Of a stretch of 64,000 nucleotides of DNA, positions 1-8,016 are shown piece by piece; the first letter of the stretch is position 1, and each line of letters opens with the position of its first letter. The translations under genes and the position numbers were made by a program. The notes under the pieces are model-generated. The model did no database searches. It had not been told where the DNA came from and saw only the letters and a list, made by a program, of their open reading frames with translations. Origin of the DNA: a virus; the IMG/VR virus record IMGVR_UViG_3300013286_000725, positions 32,001 through 96,000 of that record; one strand, 5' to 3'.

Positions 1-657
1 AGCCGCGGCGACCTAAAAGGTTTTGCCATGATGGCGGGCGGTGTTGGTAGTCGTTGGTATAATGATTTTTACTTTAACAAATTACAAACAGAGCTGTATG
101 CGCTAACCAAACAATCATCCAAGTATGCTAGCGACTTGCATGTGTTCTTAAAAAGTTCTACCGAAGATCGAGATAGAAAAATCAGCTTTACTGAAATCAG
201 CAGATCACTTCCGCCTATCCTATACAAAATGGGACAGCGTATGGGTAACAAAGAGTTATCACATTTTGCTGCCAGCTGGAATAATCGTAGACAAGATTAC
301 GAAGCATACTTGGATCAAATTGAAGCAGAAGCTGGTATGGATGATGACAGTGGCTATTATGAGCCTAAAATTAAACCAGAACGCGATCATACTAGCGGCA
401 AACAAAATGCACAAGCAGATACATTGATTAATCAAGCAATTAAAGATCATGTTCCCGTCAGCCATCAGGGTGAAGTTAGAAATATGATTAATAAATTGCC
501 CATGAATAGCAGATTTGCCGCACTAGAAAAAGCAATTAATAAATTTAAAGCAGTGGAAGAAGAAGCAGCTGGTGTTGGCATTCTTACTAAACAAAATACC
601 ACTGCTGATGTAGGTCCAGGTACATTAGGAAAAATGTTAAGAGCATTTAAATTATAA
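1..657 (+). CDS. hypothetical phage protein, probably 5'-truncated
   Basis: Frame +1 is open from base 1; ORF track gives 28..657; TAATG coupling to the next gene. Confidence 0.75.
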   Translation, partial: SRGDLKGFAMMAGGVGSRWYNDFYFNKLQTELYALTKQSSKYASDLHVFLKSSTEDRDRKISFTEISRSLPPILYKMGQRMGNKELSHFAASWNNRRQDYEAYLDQIEAEAGMDDDSGYYEPKIKPERDHTSGKQNAQADTLINQAIKDHVPVSHQGEVRNMINKLPMNSRFAALEKAINKFKAVEEEAAGVGILTKQNTTADVGPGTLGKMLRAFKL

Positions 658-872
658 TGGATGAACTTGACTATATAAAAAAATTAGCCGGTGTTACACC
701 ATTTCCAGGTCTTAAAGAATATTCTATCAATGACGGAAGTAATGTTAGTGTTACTGGAAATCAAAAAGCACAGCTGATGAAACAACACGATATTAGGCCG
801 GGAACTAAAGAGTGGTTTAAGTTATGGTTTAGTCGACCATACCTAACGGGCGAGAAGCCAATAGGAGACTAA
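657..872 (+). CDS. hypothetical phage protein (71 aa)
   Basis: TAATG overlap with upstream gene; N-terminal 'LDYIKKLAGV'. Confidence 0.75.
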   Translation: MDELDYIKKLAGVTPFPGLKEYSINDGSNVSVTGNQKAQLMKQHDIRPGTKEWFKLWFSRPYLTGEKPIGD

Positions 873-873
873 G

Positions 874-1506
874 ATGAGTTTTGAATTTGATTTTACAGTT
901 GAAAAATTACATAACTGTGTACACAAGAATAAAGAAATTAATTTATGGTACAATGCCATGACAGAATACTTGCCTAAGTTTGAAATTACTACGCCTGCCC
1001 GTGTTGCAGGATTTGTGGCACAATGTCAGCATGAAAGTGCAGACTTTACTGCGCTACAAGAAAACTTAAACTATGGTGCAAAAGGATTAATGAGTATTTT
1101 TAAAAAGTACTATCCAGATGAAGCACTGGCCAAGGCACATGAGCGCAAGCCAGAGTTGATTGCTAATCGAGTATACAGCGGCCGAATGGGCAATGGTACA
1201 GAAGCATCAGGCGATGGATGGAAGTTCCGTGGTCGTGGCATATTACAACTAACTGGTCGTGCAAACTATACACAGTGCAGTCGTGATTTGTTTGGAGATG
1301 ATACTCTAGCACAAGATCCAGATTTGTTACGCACACCTGAATATGCTATATTAAGTGCCTGCTGGTTCTGGCACAAGAATAGTCTTAACGCTATTTGTGA
1401 CAAAGGCGATATTGTATTGCTTAGTAAAAAGATCAACGGTGGTACTATTGGTTTAGAAGACCGTATCAGTCACTGGAATATTGCTTTAGATCAATTTGAA
1501 GAATAA
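874..1506 (+). CDS. glycoside hydrolase family 19 (chitinase-like) endolysin
   Basis: FVAQCQHES, ENLNY, GDGWKFRGRGILQLTGRANY, SACWFW and KKINGG motifs of GH19 phage lysins. Confidence 0.92.
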   Translation: MSFEFDFTVEKLHNCVHKNKEINLWYNAMTEYLPKFEITTPARVAGFVAQCQHESADFTALQENLNYGAKGLMSIFKKYYPDEALAKAHERKPELIANRVYSGRMGNGTEASGDGWKFRGRGILQLTGRANYTQCSRDLFGDDTLAQDPDLLRTPEYAILSACWFWHKNSLNAICDKGDIVLLSKKINGGTIGLEDRISHWNIALDQFEE

Positions 1507-1507
1507 T

Positions 1508-2320
1508 ATGTTTTTAAGAGAGCTAACAGAAAACTTTGCAGACGGTCGCAATCCAGAACATAAGGGCGACAGTCGTAGACACGGCATTCCTAAACATGCC
1601 AGTCTAAAGTCATTAGATAAAATTGCACATCAAGGCGGACGCAAAGGACAGCTGGCTCATTGGCAAGCTAACATGCGCAGAGGTAGAATGAAGGAAGACA
1701 TTGACAGTCCAGACCTTGTTGATATACTGGCTAAATTTTTACCTTTCTGCATGAAGTCATTAGAACTAAAACAGTTGCCTAAGATCAAATTAGAAAAGCA
1801 GATAAATGCAGGACCACAGCCTACCTTTGGCATGTTTGATCCAGATGCTAGTACAATTACACTAGGCATTAGTAATCGTCATCCTTTGGATATTATTCGA
1901 ACACTGGCTCACGAACTAGTACACTATAGACAAGCTGTTGAAAATAGGTTAAATGACGAAAGTGGTACTACAGGCAGTGATGAAGAAAACGAAGCCAACG
2001 CAGGTGCTGGTATATTACTGCGTAGTTTTGGCAAACAACATCCGGAATTTTTTGCGGTAAAGCCTATATCACTCAGTGAGGAAATGATGAGAATACAAGA
2101 ACTAGTACAAGAAGATGCCACCGCAGGCGGAACAAGTGCAGGAGCAATTGCCACTGTGCCTAATCCGCATGTGGCCATTGGAAATGTTAAAAAATATGGA
2201 AAAGGTGCGTCTGCAAAGCCACCTAAGGCAGCACAGGCTTTAAACAAAGACGGCACTGCTAAAAATGCCCTAGATTTGCCAGGCGCAAGTTTAATGGGCG
2301 GCAAGTTACTGAAACGATAA
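1508..2320 (+). CDS. modular protein with HExxH metallopeptidase-like domain, possible head protein
   Basis: RTLAHELVHY plus downstream ENEANA; start placed at ATG 1508 just after the lysin stop. Confidence 0.65.
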   Translation: MFLRELTENFADGRNPEHKGDSRRHGIPKHASLKSLDKIAHQGGRKGQLAHWQANMRRGRMKEDIDSPDLVDILAKFLPFCMKSLELKQLPKIKLEKQINAGPQPTFGMFDPDASTITLGISNRHPLDIIRTLAHELVHYRQAVENRLNDESGTTGSDEENEANAGAGILLRSFGKQHPEFFAVKPISLSEEMMRIQELVQEDATAGGTSAGAIATVPNPHVAIGNVKKYGKGASAKPPKAAQALNKDGTAKNALDLPGASLMGGKLLKR

Positions 2321-2323
2321 ATA
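2317..2323 (+). promoter_or_regulatory. T4-like late promoter (ATAAATA)
   Basis: ATAAATA upstream of a GGAG RBS and ATG 2346; a gp55-like sigma is encoded in the window. Confidence 0.6.
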
Positions 2324-2345
2324 TAAAGATATTGGAGAATTCGCA

Positions 2346-3632
2346 ATGCAAGACACTTTTAACCAACACCCAGATGATCACGAAGCAAAAATGGCGCGTG
2401 CTGATCTATTTAAATGCGCACAGTACAGCTTTAAACTATTCAAAATGATCCACGAGGACATGGAACTTGAGGGCTGGGTACAGGCCAAGATTACCAAAGC
2501 CGCTGACTATATTGCTAGTGTATTCCACTACATGGAATACGAGATGAAGATCAGCGAGTACGGTGACAACTTAGAAAATGCAGACATGTACTCAGAAAGT
2601 ATTCGTCGTGTGTTTGAGCAGAAACTGATGGAAGCTAAAACAAAAGCTGCCAAAGTTAAAGCTATGGAGTCTAAGTGTTCAGGTTGCGGCAAGCCGATGC
2701 CCAAGTGCTCATGCGATGATAAAATAGATGAAGAACGCAGTTCAACTGGTGGTGAGATTACAAAGACCAAAACAGGTCTACGCCATGCACACAATCCAAA
2801 TCGTTTCAGTGACGAGCCACATGCAGAACCTGCAAGCAAGGTCAAATCAAAATCTGCAGCAGAAAAGGCAAGCGACCGAGCTATGGACAAAGCAGACGAG
2901 AAAGACTCAAAAGCATTTGGTAAAGCTAACCCAGGCAAGCAGACTATCATGAAGGGTGGTGTAAAAACTACTAACGAAGGTGTTACTGACCACAAGCCAT
3001 GTCCGCCAATGTCGCATGTTAAGAAAATGTGCCAAGATGGAAAGAGTGTAGCAGAAATTTGCAAAATGCATCCAGATTGTGATCAAAAAGAACTAAAACA
3101 AATGGTAGCTGATTGCAAAAAGAAATTGTCAGAGAGTGCCAAGCCAGATTTCCTAGACATGGACAAAGATGGCAACAAAAAAGAAACAATGAAGAAAGCA
3201 GTTGCCGACAAGAAAGCAGGTCCCAAGAAAGGTGTCAATCCATTTGCTAAAGTAAAAGAAGGAATGGCTCCTATGGATCCAGACGGTGCCACTGCGCCTC
3301 CTCCAAAAGGTAAAGACGGACAGTACCCTATTGTAACATCGGGACCACACAAAGGCAAGCGTTGGAGTCCTAAAACTCCAGGACCAACAAATGCAGCATT
3401 TAAAGAAGCTGCTGCCAAGTGCAATCACTCACCAAAGGGCAAAAGTTGCCCAGTTCATGGTCTAAAAGAATGCAGTGGCATGTATGAAGGTGACAAATTT
3501 GATCCGTTGAAGCATGTTAAGAATCCTACACAAGGCGAGAAAGATGCTGCCAAAGATGTCAAGCGCGGTAGCTACGCAGATCGTGCAGCCATGTTAAAGT
3601 CAGCAGAAGCTGACGGTCGTTTAAAGAAGTAA
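2346..3632 (+). CDS. Lys-rich modular hypothetical protein, putative internal head protein
   Basis: Long ORF with RBS; small Cys modules and an EF-hand-like DMDKDGNKKE; modules delimited by hydrophobic-x-E motifs. Confidence 0.7.
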   Translation: MQDTFNQHPDDHEAKMARADLFKCAQYSFKLFKMIHEDMELEGWVQAKITKAADYIASVFHYMEYEMKISEYGDNLENADMYSESIRRVFEQKLMEAKTKAAKVKAMESKCSGCGKPMPKCSCDDKIDEERSSTGGEITKTKTGLRHAHNPNRFSDEPHAEPASKVKSKSAAEKASDRAMDKADEKDSKAFGKANPGKQTIMKGGVKTTNEGVTDHKPCPPMSHVKKMCQDGKSVAEICKMHPDCDQKELKQMVADCKKKLSESAKPDFLDMDKDGNKKETMKKAVADKKAGPKKGVNPFAKVKEGMAPMDPDGATAPPPKGKDGQYPIVTSGPHKGKRWSPKTPGPTNAAFKEAAAKCNHSPKGKSCPVHGLKECSGMYEGDKFDPLKHVKNPTQGEKDAAKDVKRGSYADRAAMLKSAEADGRLKK

Positions 3633-3636
3633 ATGT

Positions 3637-4407
3637 ATGGACATGCGACGAATTCTACAAGCAGTTGACAGTTCAGCATCAAAGCCTGTAGAAGGCGGCG
3701 AGACTATGAAAAAGTTTATGACCATTGTTGAAGGCAAGAGTTCTAGTAACAGACTAACTACTGCCGAATCAATGGTAATTGAACAACCCGCTATTGTTAC
3801 ACGCAAAGAAATAACTAGTCCAGTATTGAATGTTGCTAAAGATGCTAGCCCCAGCATGATTGGCAAATACTTTAAAACTATAGAACAAGAACTCAAAGAG
3901 GCTGAGGATCGCACACGGGATCGTACCAAGCAATTAGCTGAGCGTGTGGCCAATAAGATCAACAACCAACGCATTGCAGAACTAAGCACTGACACATTGG
4001 CCAGTTATAAAAAGAAAGCAGGTGCAGATGCCAAAAAGGCAGATGCAGATGGCAACTATGCTCGTGGTGACAAGCGTTTCAAAGGTATTAACAAAGCTAC
4101 CAGCAAACAGTTTGACAACGATCTCAAAAAACATGGTCAACAAAGTATGTCGGAAGCAGAAGGTACACCAAGTGGTGTTGCACACCTGACCAAAGAGTTG
4201 TTGACACACATTGTACAACAATCTGGTAAAGAAGGTGCTCACGCTGTTGTCAAAAGCCTAGAGTGGGGCGACGGTGCTGCCAAAGAACTTTTACATTTGC
4301 TAATTAGCGATCTTAAAGACGATATCGCAGGTATGGATGAAGCAGTTAATCCAGCACAACAAGCAGCCATTGCCATTGCAAAGAAGAAAACGGCAGGTAA
4401 GAAATAA
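3637..4407 (+). CDS. modular hypothetical protein, putative internal head protein
   Basis: Long ORF; N-terminal MDMRRIL; same x-x-E delimited modules. Confidence 0.7.
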   Translation: MDMRRILQAVDSSASKPVEGGETMKKFMTIVEGKSSSNRLTTAESMVIEQPAIVTRKEITSPVLNVAKDASPSMIGKYFKTIEQELKEAEDRTRDRTKQLAERVANKINNQRIAELSTDTLASYKKKAGADAKKADADGNYARGDKRFKGINKATSKQFDNDLKKHGQQSMSEAEGTPSGVAHLTKELLTHIVQQSGKEGAHAVVKSLEWGDGAAKELLHLLISDLKDDIAGMDEAVNPAQQAAIAIAKKKTAGKK

Positions 4408-4850
4408 TGGATGAATTAAAACAAGCATTGAAAGTGGCATTTGCCAGCGAATATTCATTTGCGATTAAAACACAGAACTTTCACTGGAATGTTGAAGGCA
4501 GTGATTTCTACGAACTACACTTGATGTTTGAGAGAATTTATCTTGAGGTATACGGAGCCATTGATCCATTTGCTGAAAATATTCGTAAACTAGGTTCATA
4601 CACTCCAGCTAGCTATAGCAGATTCAGTATGTTAACTGAAATTGATGACGAGACACAGATACTTGCGCCCGGTGCAATGGTAAGTGAATTACTCGGTGAT
4701 AGCGATAAGATGGTTAAATTATTGAAGATGGTGTATGATGCAGCCGAGAGAGAAGGCGAGCACGGATTAAGTAATTTCCTTGCCGAACGCATGGATGCAC
4801 ATCGAGGACATAGTTGGATGTTGAGGGCAACACTAAAGAATTCACCTTAG
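4407..4850 (+). CDS. dps: Dps / ferritin-like DNA-protection protein
   Basis: NFHWNVEGSDFYELHLMFE, D-x-x-AENIR and H-x-W-M-L ferroxidase-centre signatures. Confidence 0.93.
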   Translation: MDELKQALKVAFASEYSFAIKTQNFHWNVEGSDFYELHLMFERIYLEVYGAIDPFAENIRKLGSYTPASYSRFSMLTEIDDETQILAPGAMVSELLGDSDKMVKLLKMVYDAAEREGEHGLSNFLAERMDAHRGHSWMLRATLKNSP

Positions 4851-4931
4851 GACCGGTACTCGTTACCGTAATGTGAATAGGCGGCTGCTGCCTGTACAAA
4901 CGATTCGCTACCGTGGAATACCAAGTGAGCA
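4840..4931 (+). ncRNA. candidate structured RNA (multi-stem with pseudoknot), family unknown
   Basis: ATTCAC/GTGAAT enclosing CGGTA/TACCG; AGGCGG/CTGCCT; ACG/CGT around loop ATTCGCTAC; 3' AGTGAG complementary to loop TTCGCT. Confidence 0.5.
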
Positions 4932-4957
4932 TGAACAATTAAAATTGGGGTTATTAA

Positions 4958-6961
4958 ATGGATATCAGATCATTAATCAGTGTGTTAGAAAACATTGAAA
5001 GTTTAAATCGAGCACCTGTTGTGGAGGCTGAAGATCCAGCGGCCGTTATTGCCAAATATACAGATAAACCCGATATGCCAGCATACATTGACAGTAAAGA
5101 CGGCAAAGTCAAATACATGGATAACAATATGGATCGTGGCAGGGCCGGACAAGCTAAAGTTATGCCTACAGATTGGATTGAGCGTTATGCGCCGGATCTA
5201 GCTGCCGCATTAAGAGCACAAGGTGGTAACCAACAAGGTTACGGTGCTCAACAAAAGGGCGGATTGTTTGGCATTAAAGGTCTTGGTAATTTTGATCAAG
5301 GAACTACTGTTAATACTAAACAAGCCGGTGCCGATGCTAGTAGTAAATCATACAAAGCAGACAAGTTAAAGCAATTAAGTGATCTAGTAGCTAAACTAAA
5401 TGCAGAAGGCGGTGGCAACACTGATCCTACTGTTGGTAAGGTAGACTACAGTCTAGGTGGCGGAAGCTCACCTGGTATGAAATTAAAAGAAAGCATTCTT
5501 CGTGAATTTGGTTACGAAGTTGATGAAGGCGGCATTACATTAGGTGCTGATGGAAAAGTTGACCCTAACGGACATACTCCAGAAAAACAAATGGCATTGA
5601 GCAAAATGGTCGGCGACAACATGAATGCCGCCGCGGGTAAAGATGCAATTATTAAACAAATCCAAGCCATTATGGCCGAACTTGGCCAATCAGACCAAGC
5701 ATATGCTACTGATCCAGATGTTATCAAAGCATTAGGTATTGCACAAAAAGCTATCGATGCTGCTAGCAAGAAACCAGATGCGGCAAAACCAACAACAGAT
5801 ACTCCGGTAGCTGGCAAACCAGATGCAACTGCAGCTGCCAATTCCAGTGGAGAAGCTGTTGGAAAGAGTCTTCAAAGATTTAAAGAATTATTGGCCAAGG
5901 CAAGCGAGCCTGCAACGGCAGCAACACCTACGGCTCCAGCAAAAGAAAACATATCTTATTTCTTAGAAAAGATGAGAGTGTTAGAGTCGCAATTAAATGA
6001 AGCGTTAACTCCTGACGAACAAAAAGAATTAGATCAGTTGGCACAATCATATGGTGACAGCGAAGATCCAGAAATTACAGGATTACTAAAGCAATATGGC
6101 GATGCTAAGAATGCCGCATTAAATGCTACTCCCGGTTCTAAACCTACATCTACAACAGCCACTAAGAAGAAATCAATGACTCCTGTTGATCCAAAGGTAC
6201 AAGCATTGCAAAACGACATTTTGGCAATTGATCCAAAAGCATTGCCTAAATACGGTGCCGACGGGCGTATGGGCAGTGAGACACAGACTGCTATGAAAGA
6301 TGCAAGATTCAAAGTTGCACTGGACAAATACAATGGTGATGGCTCTACTGCAACTAAACCTAGTACTGGTGCCGCGGGCGGTGCAAGTGCTGTTCCAGCA
6401 GATGCTAGCACAAAAGAACCATACTGGGTAAATGGCACACGCTACGAATATAAAATGTCAGGTGGTGGACGAGGTCAGGCAGCTACTGGAAAATGGGAAC
6501 CAACGGCTACGCCAACTGATAAACTTCAATGGAATAGCACACGAGCTCGTTCTATGGCCAAGTACACTGGGCCAGACTCTGCATATGGTAAAACAGATGC
6601 TGCCAATCCAACTGATACTACTGCCGCTGAACCAACGGCATCTACTACCGCAACTAAGCCTGCAACTACAACTTCCAATCAATCGGTATCCGGAACATTA
6701 AAAATGGGCAAGGCAGATGGCTCAATTACCTATAATGGTAAGACTGTAAATCCAGGTGATCCAGAATATGCTACAGCTGAACAAGCTCTTATTCGAGCAC
6801 AAGGAAAGTCTCAACAAGCTAGGACAAGGCAACCAAATAACCCTGCGTTAGCTAGTACACCTGTTCAGCAAGGTGCATCACAACAAAAAGATATTGATTT
6901 TGAAAGTGTTGTTAGAGAAGACAATGCTATCTTAGCAATGATCCGCGGTATTAAAGTCTAA
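4958..6961 (+). CDS. Ala/Thr/Gly-rich virion protein with peptidoglycan-binding-like domain
   Basis: VQALQNDIL...GADGRMGSETQTAM resembles a PG_binding_1 domain; low-complexity linkers. Confidence 0.65.
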   Translation: MDIRSLISVLENIESLNRAPVVEAEDPAAVIAKYTDKPDMPAYIDSKDGKVKYMDNNMDRGRAGQAKVMPTDWIERYAPDLAAALRAQGGNQQGYGAQQKGGLFGIKGLGNFDQGTTVNTKQAGADASSKSYKADKLKQLSDLVAKLNAEGGGNTDPTVGKVDYSLGGGSSPGMKLKESILREFGYEVDEGGITLGADGKVDPNGHTPEKQMALSKMVGDNMNAAAGKDAIIKQIQAIMAELGQSDQAYATDPDVIKALGIAQKAIDAASKKPDAAKPTTDTPVAGKPDATAAANSSGEAVGKSLQRFKELLAKASEPATAATPTAPAKENISYFLEKMRVLESQLNEALTPDEQKELDQLAQSYGDSEDPEITGLLKQYGDAKNAALNATPGSKPTSTTATKKKSMTPVDPKVQALQNDILAIDPKALPKYGADGRMGSETQTAMKDARFKVALDKYNGDGSTATKPSTGAAGGASAVPADASTKEPYWVNGTRYEYKMSGGGRGQAATGKWEPTATPTDKLQWNSTRARSMAKYTGPDSAYGKTDAANPTDTTAAEPTASTTATKPATTTSNQSVSGTLKMGKADGSITYNGKTVNPGDPEYATAEQALIRAQGKSQQARTRQPNNPALASTPVQQGASQQKDIDFESVVREDNAILAMIRGIKV

Positions 6962-7279
6962 TCAGTGCCACTGCCCTTGATAGCAGTGGCGCATTTCATG
7001 CCCTATGTCATGTTGAGTAGGGTTTTTCTTTGTGATAATAGTACAACTGTTCTTTTCAACTTCCCAGAAGCTACAAGCATCAACAGTATAACCTAGAGTT
7101 TTACCGTCACGCTTTTTGATTTCTGCGGCACAGGCCTTTTGAACATTATCCACAGGTAGCCAAACAATAGTCATTGACTGCGTCTTGTTAGACTTAGTAC
7201 TAAATGGCAGTTCAGGATTGTCCCAATTTGCGTGAGCAAAATTAGACACCAATGCTAGTATCAAGAGTGTGTGTTTCAT
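6962..7279 (-). CDS. small exported protein with HExxH motif
   Basis: Start at 7279 gives signal peptide MKHTLLILALVSNFAHA; C-terminal GHEMRHC; own sigma70 promoter. Confidence 0.7.
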   Translation of the reverse strand: MKHTLLILALVSNFAHANWDNPELPFSTKSNKTQSMTIVWLPVDNVQKACAAEIKKRDGKTLGYTVDACSFWEVEKNSCTIITKKNPTQHDIGHEMRHCYQGQWH

Positions 7280-7285
7280 ATTGTT

Positions 7286-7314
7286 ATTATACTGCCAAAA
7301 CGCATAATTGCCAA
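7286..7314 (-). promoter_or_regulatory. sigma70 promoter, probably leaderless transcript
   Basis: TTGGCA-N17-TATAAT on the minus strand, -10 ending 6 nt before ATG 7279. Confidence 0.7.
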
Positions 7315-7334
7315 CTAGTTTGGTAATATTATTT

Positions 7335-7363
7335 TTGACATAGCTCATTTGTGGCTATATAAT
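7335..7363 (+). promoter_or_regulatory. sigma70 early promoter
   Basis: Perfect TTGACA-N17-TATAAT. Confidence 0.88.
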
Positions 7364-7384
7364 AACACATTATTAGGAGAAACC

Positions 7385-7654
7385 ATGTCAACTCGCATGT
7401 ACGGACCAGAAGAAAAAGCCAAACTTGAACGACTAATTAATGAAGGATCTACTGTTCTTCGTGAAATCGAGGACCTTAAAGAAGGACTCAAAGAAACCGT
7501 CAAAGCAGTAGCAGAAGAATTGGAAATCAAACCTGGTGTTATTAACAAAGCTATTACCATTGCACATAAAGACAATTGGAAAGCTCACGAAACCGAATGG
7601 GCAGATGTTGAAATGATTTTGGGTGTTACTGGACATTTGCCAGAAGACAAATGA
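7385..7654 (+). CDS. T4 DsbA-like dsDNA-binding protein
   Basis: AGGAG RBS before ATG 7385; EIEDLKEGLKETVKAVAEELEIKPGVINKAITIAHK resembles phage DsbA. Confidence 0.6.
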   Translation: MSTRMYGPEEKAKLERLINEGSTVLREIEDLKEGLKETVKAVAEELEIKPGVINKAITIAHKDNWKAHETEWADVEMILGVTGHLPEDK

Positions 7655-7944
7655 ATGAACTATTAAAATCAACATTTGATTGGATACGCGATGACTTTAA
7701 GTCTAACCGAATTCGCTTTTGCATTGAGTTGCTTGCTTGGGCTATTAGTATTGGTTGCTCCGTCACTATGGCGCTTACAGTACCCACGCCTCCGCTTCTT
7801 GCTCTTTATCCCGTATGGATCACTGGTTGTGCTATGTATGCTTGGGCTAGTTGGACTAGGAAATCTTTTGGCATGCTGGCTAACTATATACTGCTAGTCA
7901 GTATTGACAGCATAGGCCTAGTCAGGATGCTAAATAATTTATAA
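7651..7944 (+). CDS. small membrane protein (about 3 TM helices)
   Basis: Hydrophobic segments; ATGA overlap. Confidence 0.75.
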   Translation: MNELLKSTFDWIRDDFKSNRIRFCIELLAWAISIGCSVTMALTVPTPPLLALYPVWITGCAMYAWASWTRKSFGMLANYILLVSIDSIGLVRMLNNL

Positions 7945-7955
7945 CAAACAGTTTC

Positions 7956-8008
7956 GATCAGCTATAAATGATCAAATAGGTATTTGTGAGCCATAAATCA
8001 CATAGGAG
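7956..8008 (+). promoter_or_regulatory. tandem hairpins before the DNA polymerase RBS, candidate translational operator
   Basis: GATCA-GCTATAAA-TGATC and TGTGA-GCCATAAA-TCACA, then AGGAG. Confidence 0.6.
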
Positions 8009-8016
8009 AAAACAAT

